Positions 1 through 8,665 of a stretch of 64,000 nucleotides of DNA are shown in pieces. The notes below the pieces were generated by a model that saw only the letters and a program-made list of their open reading frames with translations, was not told the DNA's origin and did no database searches. Origin of the DNA: Minisyncoccota bacterium (GTDB taxonomy: Bacteria; Patescibacteriota; JACMRA01); NCBI GenBank assembly GCA_014376695.1, contig JACMRA010000002.1:7323-71322 (forward strand), written 5' to 3'. Positions within the stretch are counted from its first letter, which is position 1; each line of letters opens with the position of its first letter. The translations under genes and the position numbers were made by a program.

Positions 1-130
1 TGAATTAAGTCCGTTCGGAATGTCGTAGTTGTAATTAACGTACAATAAGAATTATAACACTGTTGACAATTTAATGTTATTTGAATTTCTTTTATCAAAG
101 TTCTAATTTAGGAGGAGCTTTATAAAATCT

Positions 131-2749
131 ATGAAAATTCAGTACACGCAATTTAAATTAGTTGTAGTTACAGGGATATTGCTAATTTCAATTTGCCTCA
201 TCACAAACCAGCTCAGCAGTCCAAAGGCGAGCCTTATAACAAAAGCCGCGGGTAATATTATTTACCTTTCACCGGGCGGATTAGACTCCAATCCTGGAAG
301 TCTCGATTCCCCAGTCAAGTCTTTGGTAAAAGCTCGAGATCTATCTCGCTCAGCCAAGGTAAACGGCCTTACTAGCCAAGTTAATTTATTGCCGGGTTCT
401 TATAAGATGGATTACACGCTAAATTTGAACGGAAGTGATAGCAGTACACTCTGGAAGTCCGCAAGCATAGGCACCGTAAAAATTGTAGGCAGTTCGATTA
501 TTTCTAATAACTGGCAAAGTTTGGGTAATAATCTATACAAGAATATCCTACCTCAAATCACTAACTATCCGCGGCAGCTTTATGTAAATGGTCAAAAAGC
601 CATTCGATCTACAAGCCAAAACGGGCCGGCCATGAATTTGTCAGCTAATAGTAACCAAATTTTCGGTGTCACTGGGGCGAGTAACTGGAGTAATCCAACT
701 GATATTGAGGTCAGTGGCTTTAACAAATCATACTGGAAACATTCGCGACAAAAAGTCTCATCTGTCAACGGTACAACTTTAAACCTAAATCAAAATTGGA
801 CTAATATACCCAACTCAAATGCCTGGGGATTAGGATTTGTTGCGGATAATATCACGGTCGAAAATGCTAAAGAGTTAATCAATGTGGATAATGAATGGTA
901 CTACGACCGCAGCGAAAAAGCACTTTACTACCAATCTAGCACAAACCCAAATGAGAAGTCGTTCAGCCTGCCGATTCAAGAAAAATTGATTGATATAACA
1001 GGAGCCTTCGATATAGAATTTAACGGAATAAGCTTTGAAGAGGCAAGCTGGGAGCGGCCGAATATTAGCGGAACTCAGGATTACCAAGGCGGGGTAATGT
1101 TCACGAGTCCCAATAGTAGCTGGAGCACCTCGGATGAACAGGTGGTCCCAGGTCATATTACTATGAATAATGTAAATGGGGTCAAATTTATTAACAATCA
1201 ATTCAAGAATCTTGGCGGGGCGGCTTTTAGTTGTTTTGAGAATTGCGTTAATAATATTATAGAAAAAAATTCCTTTGGCGATATTGCAGCCAACGCCATC
1301 ACAATTGGCAATCACAGAAATAAATATAGCAGCAATAATAACAACAAGTTCAACTTTAACACTTTGACAAATGTAGGTAGCGAATATTATAGTACGGTGC
1401 CAATATTTGTAATTTACGCTGGAGGGACGGAGATTGCTTACAATACGATATCCAACACTCCATATTCAGCAATTAGCGTTGGCTGGGGCTGGGCGGATCA
1501 GGATTCTAATTTAAGTAATAATTTAATCCACCACAACCGTATCACTAATTTTAACCAAAAAATAGGGGATGGCGGCGGTATTTATACATTGAGCCGACAA
1601 ACGGGGACGATTATTAGCGATAACTATTTGGATAACAGCAGGTCCACTGATAGAGGTGGGAATACTTTGCTACTTGGATTATACACCGACGAGGGGAGTT
1701 CGGATATGGTTATCGCTAATAATGTAGTTGACCTACCGTATCAATATGCTGTGTATGTATGGAATTCAGCAGGTGGCAGCAACAATATGCGAAATCAAAA
1801 TATTAATAATAATTGGTTCAAGCAATACCCCTGCGACACCAAAAATGGCTGGGGCCCCGAGGAGCCAACAAACGCACCTAGCGCACCAACAAATACCTGC
1901 GTTTTGGTAAGGGGAGTTGGGACAACCTATTATTCTAATAACGGGTATAGTGGAGCGGAGCCGGCAGCAGCCCAGCTTATCGTAAATAATAGCGGTACCG
2001 GGAGCAATGAATCATACTTTGTGGCTAATCCTGATATCGTAACTGGAGGAGTTGCAAGCTCAAGCGCTACTATTTCTACACCGCCGTTTATACCGCCACG
2101 CCTAATTCTAAAAGTGCTACTTCAGGGAGCTTACTCAACAGGTACCAATACGATGAGACCTCAACTAAAATCCAAAAATTTGATACCGGCATCTCAACCT
2201 TATAATATTAGTCCGTGGGCTTATACGGACTCCGAAAATATTAATCAAAGCACTTTAACAAGCGAGGCTATTGATTGGATCTTGATTGAATTCCGCAGCG
2301 AAACAGGTCAAATACTTTCTAAAAAAGCTGGTATTTTAAAATCTAACGGCGAGGTCATCAATGGAGATCAAGACTATTTGACACTCCCAACAAATCTGAC
2401 TTCTGGAAATTACAATCTTGTGATTCGTCATCGAAACCATCTTGCCATCAAAACTTTGAACCCAATTCCAATCAATGTCATAAGCGGCAGTCTTAATAAT
2501 TTGGATTTGACAGCTAATTTAAATGTCGCGGGCAATAATCAGGCATCACTCGGCAACGGAAAATACGGTCTCAAGCTTGGCAATGTTAACAGCGATAATG
2601 TTATAAATTCGATTGATAGAATTAGAAGTAGGCTTTCGCCAGACAGAATTAATAGCTACGCAATAGAAGATATCAATATGGATGGAAATCTTACATCCGC
2701 GGATAGAATACTTTCTCGGCTCAATTATGACTCAATAGAAATAGTGTAA
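131..2749 (+). CDS. Secreted right-handed beta-helix (pectate-lyase-fold) protein with C-terminal dockerin-like repeat pair
   Basis: 872-aa ORF with an N-terminal hydrophobic signal/anchor (FKLVVVTGILLISICLI). Beta-helix-type repeats are present (NNQFKNLGGAAFSCFENCVNNIIEKNSFGDIAANAITIG, NLIHHNRITNF, GGGIYT). Two Ca-loop dockerin-like segments sit near the C-terminus (NVNSDNVINSIDRIRSRL, DINMDGNLTSADRILSRL). Confidence 0.6.
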   Translation: MKIQYTQFKLVVVTGILLISICLITNQLSSPKASLITKAAGNIIYLSPGGLDSNPGSLDSPVKSLVKARDLSRSAKVNGLTSQVNLLPGSYKMDYTLNLNGSDSSTLWKSASIGTVKIVGSSIISNNWQSLGNNLYKNILPQITNYPRQLYVNGQKAIRSTSQNGPAMNLSANSNQIFGVTGASNWSNPTDIEVSGFNKSYWKHSRQKVSSVNGTTLNLNQNWTNIPNSNAWGLGFVADNITVENAKELINVDNEWYYDRSEKALYYQSSTNPNEKSFSLPIQEKLIDITGAFDIEFNGISFEEASWERPNISGTQDYQGGVMFTSPNSSWSTSDEQVVPGHITMNNVNGVKFINNQFKNLGGAAFSCFENCVNNIIEKNSFGDIAANAITIGNHRNKYSSNNNNKFNFNTLTNVGSEYYSTVPIFVIYAGGTEIAYNTISNTPYSAISVGWGWADQDSNLSNNLIHHNRITNFNQKIGDGGGIYTLSRQTGTIISDNYLDNSRSTDRGGNTLLLGLYTDEGSSDMVIANNVVDLPYQYAVYVWNSAGGSNNMRNQNINNNWFKQYPCDTKNGWGPEEPTNAPSAPTNTCVLVRGVGTTYYSNNGYSGAEPAAAQLIVNNSGTGSNESYFVANPDIVTGGVASSSATISTPPFIPPRLILKVLLQGAYSTGTNTMRPQLKSKNLIPASQPYNISPWAYTDSENINQSTLTSEAIDWILIEFRSETGQILSKKAGILKSNGEVINGDQDYLTLPTNLTSGNYNLVIRHRNHLAIKTLNPIPINVISGSLNNLDLTANLNVAGNNQASLGNGKYGLKLGNVNSDNVINSIDRIRSRLSPDRINSYAIEDINMDGNLTSADRILSRLNYDSIEIV

Positions 2750-2821
2750 GCTACCATTTAGCTGATCTTGACTATTTTGAGAATAATTGGCAACTTATTG
2801 CCATGTAACCGATTTAGACAT

Positions 2822-3127
2822 ATGCCAGATTTTGATACAGAAACTAATAATAATTACTCCAAACCAAAAAGTCAGTTTGAAATAGCCCTCGATCAAAAAG
2901 AGCTGTTAGTCAGGCAAGAATTTGAGATTAACAGCCTCCGCAAAAAAGTCGAAAAAATTGAAGTTGAAACGCGTGACAAAACCATTGAAGAATGGAAAAG
3001 CAAACTCGTAGAAGTCGAAAAAGAAGTTACAGCAAGGCTAACTTCGCAGTCTTTTTGGACTGGATTTGTAATGGGATTAATACTGACAATAATTTTTTGG
3101 GCCGTAGCCGGTAGTATTCGAGGTTAG
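2822..3127 (+). CDS. Small coiled-coil protein with C-terminal transmembrane anchor (hypothetical)
   Basis: First ATG inside ORF 2768..3127. The middle is charged and heptad-like (LRKKVEKIEVETRDKTIEEWKSKLVEVEKE). The tail is hydrophobic (FWTGFVMGLILTIIFWAVAG). No family recognised. Confidence 0.4.
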   Translation: MPDFDTETNNNYSKPKSQFEIALDQKELLVRQEFEINSLRKKVEKIEVETRDKTIEEWKSKLVEVEKEVTARLTSQSFWTGFVMGLILTIIFWAVAGSIRG

Positions 3128-3603
3128 TCTTTTGGCAACCCCTTAACAAATTTAATCACTTCTTGATTGTCTTGCTGACCCTGCTTGATATAGATTATTT
3201 TGCCGTTCGTATCAATAAGAATTACCCCGCGTTTGACTGTTGGATTGCCAAAAAACGATCCGATTTGACCGAATTCTCGGCTAATTATTTTGTCGGTATC
3301 AACTAATATATCGAATTGATACTTATGCATATCTATAAATTTTTGGTGACTTTTTTGGTCGCCGTGATTAATACCCAAGACGGTTACATTAAGTTCCCGA
3401 TATTCTTGGTAGATATCTCTAATACCACAAAGCTGGATTGTGCAGCCAGGCGTCATATCGCTCGGATAGAAAACAAGTAAGATTTTTTGGCCGGATTCTA
3501 GGAGCTGCTTCGAAGAAATAATTTGACCTTTTTGGTTTGGCAGGTCAAAGGTTGGGGCTTTGTCGCCCACTTGAAATACTGGTTTTGGGGTTGTATCAGT
3601 CAT
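3124..3603 (-). CDS. bcp: Peroxiredoxin, Bcp/AhpC-TSA family
   Basis: 159 aa. The peroxidatic-Cys context FYPSDMTPGCTIQLCGIRD matches the Bcp FYPKDxTPGCTxE motif. The fold is thioredoxin-like over its length. Confidence 0.85.
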   Translation of the reverse strand: MTDTTPKPVFQVGDKAPTFDLPNQKGQIISSKQLLESGQKILLVFYPSDMTPGCTIQLCGIRDIYQEYRELNVTVLGINHGDQKSHQKFIDMHKYQFDILVDTDKIISREFGQIGSFFGNPTVKRGVILIDTNGKIIYIKQGQQDNQEVIKFVKGLPKD

Positions 3604-3810
3604 AGACTAGGAATATATTATCTACGGGATTTTGGCAAGTAGTTTTTAATTTCAGATAAAATAATTTTTGGAAATATATTGAATCACGATTGTTATCAGT
3701 GATTTTGACAAAGTACAGCTTATAGGGCATAATTATTGAGACTGGACAATCCAAGTAGCCTCCAACTACAATCGGCCTACTAAATACAAAACACAAAATA
3801 ATACAAAAAT

Positions 3811-5418
3811 ATGCTTTCCTCCATCTTTGCCAAAAAGTTCAGTATTTGTTTCGCTTTTTTGTTTACAATAATAGCCCTGACTACTATTATTTTTACTGAC
3901 ATCCGAATTTTTGCACAGATAACAGTTCCAAAATTTACTCCGGACTACGTTCTCGGTGATGACAGTTTTCGCTCAACTAGGGCATTTCCAAACCAGGATA
4001 GCGTTCAAAATTTTTTGGATCGGGTTAATTCACCGCTAAAAAACTTTCGCCAAAGTAATAAACTGGCCAGCCAAATAATTTTTGAGGCAGCCCGAGGTGT
4101 AAGTAGCAGTCAATACGGCTTCACACCACAAATTAACCCTGGGGTAATACTGGCCTACCTCGAAAAAGAGATGAGTTTAGTCAGTGACACTAACTATAAC
4201 ACCAGTACAGATCCCCAAGGTCGTATCCAAAAGGCCATGGGATATGGATGCCCCGACATTGGAGGCTGCGACCTTGAATATCAAGGTTTTACTAACCAGC
4301 TTAATTGGGGCGCCTTACAATTAGAAATCAACTTTGTCACAGCTAATCCTAATTCACTCAAAAAGATCCAACCATATGTTAGTGGCTCAAAAATTACTAC
4401 TCTTGATGGATATACATTTGTGATTAGCAACCAAGCAACTGCCGCATGTTATAGATACACTCCTCATGTATTTTATGGCTGTTATAATTTGTGGAAAATT
4501 GTTACTGCAAACGGCTGGGGTGTAAGTGATCAACGCTACCTTTATGATGATTTGGACAAGGCCAATATTGGCAAAACCCCAACAACTGCCGTATCGGTAG
4601 AGAATATATCGGAACAGGAGGGTCAAAACCTAATCTTCCAATCTTATGGCCTAGGACAAAACGATGTAACTATCCGAAATCTCCAAAAATATCTAAAGCA
4701 AAACAATTATTTTAACGGCCAAAATATCAGTTCAATCTTTGATCGTTCCACGGGTGACAGTTTGCGAAAATTTATAATGGACAAGAATTTAGCCAATCCA
4801 GAATTCAAAATTGAGTCTAATCCAACTTGTAAATCTCTCCTACTTCTGGATTATTCTATAGGAACGGAAAACTCAAACGTAAAACAAATGCAAATGTGCT
4901 TGATTGAATATAGAGTTTTTGATACTTTTAATAACACTGGTTATTACGGTGAAATAACTAGTAAAGCACATAAATATATCCAAAGTCTAATTCAAAAGAC
5001 AGCTACAAATCCCAATGTCAACGGTCAAGGTAATTCACCTACTCCAGTTCCGCCTGTGAGCGTCGAATCAACCAATAATCAACCAACTCAAGCCAATTGT
5101 GAGGTAATTGGGCGAAATTTCGTTGTGGGCCAAATGGATGATGACGTAATCAAACTACAAGGATGCCTGAAAGCTCGAGGAATATTTCAATGGCCGGCTG
5201 GTGTAACTGGCTACTACGGTGAGTACACCAACGGGCTCTACAGTAAAATTGTTAGCCAGCTTGAATGTCCTACAATAAAATCCCAAAAGTGGGGATTTGG
5301 CGAGAGGAGTGTGCGAGTAAAAAGACTCCAAGAGTGTTTAAAAGCCGAGGGCAAATTTGATTATCCGTCCATCACTGGATACCTTGGGCCAGTCACTTGG
5401 CGAGGGTTAAGAAGTTAG
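3811..5418 (+). CDS. Secreted protein with four peptidoglycan-binding-like (PG_binding_1-type) repeats
   Basis: Signal/TM segment at the N-terminus (FSICFAFLFTIIALTTIIF). Four similar repeats are present: VTIRNLQKYLKQNNYF.., VKQMQMCLIEYRVF..GYYGEIT, VIKLQGCLKARGIF..GYYGEYT and VKRLQECLKAEGKF..GYLGPVT. Confidence 0.55.
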   Translation: MLSSIFAKKFSICFAFLFTIIALTTIIFTDIRIFAQITVPKFTPDYVLGDDSFRSTRAFPNQDSVQNFLDRVNSPLKNFRQSNKLASQIIFEAARGVSSSQYGFTPQINPGVILAYLEKEMSLVSDTNYNTSTDPQGRIQKAMGYGCPDIGGCDLEYQGFTNQLNWGALQLEINFVTANPNSLKKIQPYVSGSKITTLDGYTFVISNQATAACYRYTPHVFYGCYNLWKIVTANGWGVSDQRYLYDDLDKANIGKTPTTAVSVENISEQEGQNLIFQSYGLGQNDVTIRNLQKYLKQNNYFNGQNISSIFDRSTGDSLRKFIMDKNLANPEFKIESNPTCKSLLLLDYSIGTENSNVKQMQMCLIEYRVFDTFNNTGYYGEITSKAHKYIQSLIQKTATNPNVNGQGNSPTPVPPVSVESTNNQPTQANCEVIGRNFVVGQMDDDVIKLQGCLKARGIFQWPAGVTGYYGEYTNGLYSKIVSQLECPTIKSQKWGFGERSVRVKRLQECLKAEGKFDYPSITGYLGPVTWRGLRS

Positions 5419-5427
5419 GTTTGAAGC

Positions 5428-5901
5428 TTACTCCAATATCTCCACAACTTTAACAGTGAATTTATTATTTTTGATACGGATAACTACTGAATCTCCAGCT
5501 TTTTTGCCGAGGATACCTTGGGCAAGCGGTGAATCGTTAGCTATTCTGGCTGGAATATCTAGGGCATTAGCCTCTGAATTACCTGTAATATGCACGCTAA
5601 ATTCTTTTTTTTCGTCTGGATAGGCAATTTTGACAGTGCTTCCGATACGGATTGTCTTGCTAATTTCGGCGTTTTCTTGGATGATTTCGTAATCATTAAG
5701 TATTGATTCGATACGAACTTTTTCGGCGTTTAACCTTTGTTGTTCGACCAAAAGCACATCTCGGGCCGAGTTTTCTTTGAGATCTCCTGCGGACAAAGCC
5801 TCGGTCAAACCAGTGAGGACTTCAGGGATTCTGACGTTTACAATAGCTTCGTATTCTTTTTGTATGTCTACAAGTCCTTGGGTAGTAATGTAATTGGCCA
5901 T
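5428..5901 (-). CDS. greA: Transcription elongation factor GreA
   Basis: 157 aa. The N-terminal coiled coil carries GDLKENS (the GreA acidic tip region). The C-terminal FKBP-like domain shows ISNDSPLAQGILGKKAGDSV-type sequence (ANDSPLAQGILGKKAGDSVVI). Confidence 0.9.
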   Translation of the reverse strand: MANYITTQGLVDIQKEYEAIVNVRIPEVLTGLTEALSAGDLKENSARDVLLVEQQRLNAEKVRIESILNDYEIIQENAEISKTIRIGSTVKIAYPDEKKEFSVHITGNSEANALDIPARIANDSPLAQGILGKKAGDSVVIRIKNNKFTVKVVEILE

Positions 5902-6005
5902 ATTATTAGTCTTGTTTAAGTCTTATTAGTTGTCTTGATATATATCTTAATATAAGAATAGTTAAGCCAGCTTTTGTCAAGTTGAATTCCAGGTTTTGAG
6001 ACTTC

Positions 6006-6034
6006 TTGACAAAAAAGAGTTTGACCGTTCTAAT
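6006..6034 (+). promoter_or_regulatory. Sigma70-type promoter upstream of rplX, implying a leaderless or near-leaderless mRNA
   Basis: TTGACA (6006-6011), a 17-nt spacer, then TCTAAT (6029-6034). The ATG of rplX is at 6043, only 8 nt after the -10 element, and no SD is present. Confidence 0.4.
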
Positions 6035-6042
6035 TAGAACAG

Positions 6043-6438
6043 ATGTCTACAGCAAAAATTCAAACAGGCGATACCGTTCAAGTTATATCAGGCAATTACC
6101 GTGGCACGGTCGGAGTCGTAACTAAAGTTATCATAACAAAAGCACGCAATGGATTAACAATGAAGCGTGCTAGTGTAAGTACTGTACCCAAAATCGCAAA
6201 ATATCGAAAGAGCCAGAGCGTGCAAGGAACAACTTACCCAGGTCAAAAATTTGATATTGACCGAACAATAGACCTATCCAATCTTAATTTATTTACTGGA
6301 TCAACAATCTCTAAATCCATGATAGAATTAAAGGACGGCAAAAAAGTTCGCGTTTATAAAAAAACTTCTGAAACTGTCACAAAAGAAAAAGTCGCCAAGA
6401 TCAAGGTAGGCCCACAATTAGAAACAGATTCCAAATAA
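6043..6438 (+). CDS. rplX: 50S ribosomal protein L24 (extended)
   Basis: KOW motif IQTGDTVQVISGNYRGTVGVVTKV. Lies immediately upstream of rplE, as in spc operons. Confidence 0.85.
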   Translation: MSTAKIQTGDTVQVISGNYRGTVGVVTKVIITKARNGLTMKRASVSTVPKIAKYRKSQSVQGTTYPGQKFDIDRTIDLSNLNLFTGSTISKSMIELKDGKKVRVYKKTSETVTKEKVAKIKVGPQLETDSK

Positions 6439-6502
6439 CTAGATTAAGCAATCTTAGTTTATATTATACAAGTACCAATTAAACTCTTTTCATTTTTAAA
6501 AT

Positions 6503-7060
6503 ATGGCTAGCAATATCCCACCCGTCAAATTAGATACACAAGCTCTTTTTGATACAGCTTTTAATACTGTAGCTAAAACCAGCCCCAAAATAAACAAATT
6601 TTCACTCCCTTCTGTTGATTCTGTAGTAATCAATGTAGGGGTCGGAAAAAACGACAATAAACAAAAACAAGATATAGCAGATTATCTACAAAAACTCACT
6701 GCTCAAGTTCCAAAAAAAGTTTCCTCTAAAGTATCCATCGCCTCTTTTAAGGTTCGAAAAGGAGATACTGTTGGTTTAGTTGTTAGTCTTCGCGGTCAAC
6801 GGGCCAGAGATTTTCTTTTGCAATTAATCTATATCGCATTGCCTCGAACAAGAGATTTCAAAGGTGTCAAGGCAACTGCCTTCGATAAGGATTTTTCAAC
6901 CTATTCATTAGGTATTGATTCTTCGGCAATTTTCCCTGCGGTTGGTTTCGATACTTCCATTAATTTTGGGATGCAGATGAATATCAAATTCAAACACAAA
7001 ACTCCGCTTAACCCAAGCTACCTAACGGCCCTGAGCTTCCCTTACAAAAAAGTAGCATAA
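6503..7060 (+). CDS. rplE: 50S ribosomal protein L5
   Basis: VVINVGVGK..., KVRKGDTVGLVVSLRGQRARDFL and ALPRTRDFKGV are typical L5 blocks. Confidence 0.9.
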   Translation: MASNIPPVKLDTQALFDTAFNTVAKTSPKINKFSLPSVDSVVINVGVGKNDNKQKQDIADYLQKLTAQVPKKVSSKVSIASFKVRKGDTVGLVVSLRGQRARDFLLQLIYIALPRTRDFKGVKATAFDKDFSTYSLGIDSSAIFPAVGFDTSINFGMQMNIKFKHKTPLNPSYLTALSFPYKKVA

Positions 7061-7107
7061 TCATAAATTTAACCAACTAGAAAATAAGAATAATATAATT
7101 AAATAAT

Positions 7108-7293
7108 ATGGCTAGAAAAGCAATGATTGTAAAAGCGCTCAAGGAGCCAAAATTCAAAACAAGGACAGTTCGCCGATGTAAGGTCTGTGGTCGAAATCGC
7201 GGATATTTACGATACTTCGATATGTGCCGAATCTGTGTGCGAGAGCTAGCTATGAAAGGTGAGCTAAACGGCTTTTTCAAAAGCAGTAAATAA
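7108..7293 (+). CDS. rpsN: 30S ribosomal protein S14, zinc-type (type Z)
   Basis: 61 aa: MARKAMIVK...[33 protein letters not shown]. The CxxC...CxxC zinc knuckle is intact. Confidence 0.9.
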   Translation: MARKAMIVKALKEPKFKTRTVRRCKVCGRNRGYLRYFDMCRICVRELAMKGELNGFFKSSK

Positions 7294-7335
7294 TAATTAA
7301 AAGATAATTTCAAACCAAGTAAATATAAAATACCT

Positions 7336-7707
7336 ATGTCAATGTTCGACCTAATGAGTGATTTCGTAGCCCGAGTCAACAACGCTGTAACAGCACAAAA
7401 ATCTACTGTGAAAGTACTAAAAAACAATTTAGTAACTCAAGTATGTAAAAAACTAGTTAAATTGAACTATTTTGAATCCTTCGCTGAAGGTGAAGACTAC
7501 GAGTTAGAAGTCGTTTTAACCAAAAATATTACTAAGCTTACCAGAATTTCCAAACCAGGAAAGCGGGTTTATACAGGTTTCGAAAAGTTCCCACGTGTAA
7601 TCGGCGGTAAAGGATGGAATATTATCACATCATCAAAAGGTGTTCTTACTAACTTCGAGGCTAAAGAGCAAAAAGTAGGAGGTGAATTACTTTTTCAAAT
7701 CATTTAA
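7336..7707 (+). CDS. rpsH: 30S ribosomal protein S8
   Basis: N-terminal MSDFVARVNNA (the S8 DxIxDMLTRIRNA-like block) and C-terminal GGELLFQI. Follows S14 in order. Confidence 0.9.
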   Translation: MSMFDLMSDFVARVNNAVTAQKSTVKVLKNNLVTQVCKKLVKLNYFESFAEGEDYELEVVLTKNITKLTRISKPGKRVYTGFEKFPRVIGGKGWNIITSSKGVLTNFEAKEQKVGGELLFQII

Positions 7708-7771
7708 TACTATCCAAAAACTCTTTCTGTCATCACCAGTGGCAGATTTTTGGTAAATATTTTCTTTTGTT

Positions 7772-8665
7772 ATGACTCATACAGTTCTACTTTTTTATAA
7801 ATTTGTTAATATCTCGAACCCACAACAAGTATTAAATTCTCAGCAGAATCTCTGCAAATCCTTAGGTCTCAAAGGTAGAGTTATTATATCTGGCGAGGGG
7901 ATTAACGGCACGCTAGAAGGCCTGAATTCCGATTGCGGCGAGTATATAAGACAGATGCACCAGATAGATGTTTTTAGGGATATAGCGTTCAAGCAGAGCG
8001 TAGGCAGCGGATCGTGCTTTCCAAGGTTATCAATTAAGGTTCGAGAGGAGATTGTCACGACCAAGCTACCTTATACAAAAGACCTTGGTCCTCATTGCGG
8101 CTTTACCGGGAAATATTTATCCTCTGAAGAATTAAATCAATGGTATGGCGATGGTCGCGAATTTTATATGGTTGATATGCGTAATGACTACGAGTACAAC
8201 ATTGGGCATTTTAGAGGTTCTATTTTGCTCAAAAATCTAAAAAACTTTAGGAATTTACCCGATATATTGCCTGAATTAGAACATCTCAAGGGTAAGACAA
8301 TAGTAACTTGCTGTACCGGCGGAGTCCGCTGCGAAAAAGCTTCTGCTTTCTTGATGTATAATTATTTCAAAGACGTTTATCAATTACAGGGCGGTATTGC
8401 AACCTATGTAGAGAAGTACCCCAATCGAGATTTTCTTGGTAAGCTATATGTCTTTGACGGGCGGCTTGCCCTCGGGATCGATACTGACAAACCAGATCAT
8501 ATTATTGTTGGCAAGTGCAGTATCTGCGACGTCCAATCCGAAAATATTACTGATTATTGGTATCTGAATAAGCGTCACCACGGTGTTGTTTGTAGTGATT
8601 GCGTTCTTCGGGACGATGTTAAACTAACTAAAGAAATAATTAACCCGGAACCAATTAAGTGTTAG
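7772..8665 (+). CDS. trhO: Rhodanese-domain tRNA uridine(34) hydroxylase (TrhO/YceA, UPF0176)
   Basis: N-terminal LLFYKFVNI...GRVIISGEGINGTLEG. Rhodanese active-site loop CCTGGVRCEKASAFL. C-terminal Cys-rich tail. Confidence 0.8.
   Translation: MTHTVLLFYKFVNISNPQQVLNSQQNLCKSLGLKGRVIISGEGINGTLEGLNSDCGEYIRQMHQIDVFRDIAFKQSVGSGSCFPRLSIKVREEIVTTKLPYTKDLGPHCGFTGKYLSSEELNQWYGDGREFYMVDMRNDYEYNIGHFRGSILLKNLKNFRNLPDILPELEHLKGKTIVTCCTGGVRCEKASAFLMYNYFKDVYQLQGGIATYVEKYPNRDFLGKLYVFDGRLALGIDTDKPDHIIVGKCSICDVQSENITDYWYLNKRHHGVVCSDCVLRDDVKLTKEIINPEPIKC

Noticed and set aside
7077-7427. ORFs lying antisense to, or out of frame within, well-supported genes. Examples: 875..1315, 4387..4626, 7077..7427, 14057..14488, 16921..17184, 22572..22940, 31018..31554, 34139..34483, 44471..44773, 56592..56927, 63491..63739.
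   Set aside because: Each overlaps a longer ORF with clear family motifs on the other strand or frame. Their products are low-complexity or biased and have no recognisable motifs. They are typical shadow ORFs.
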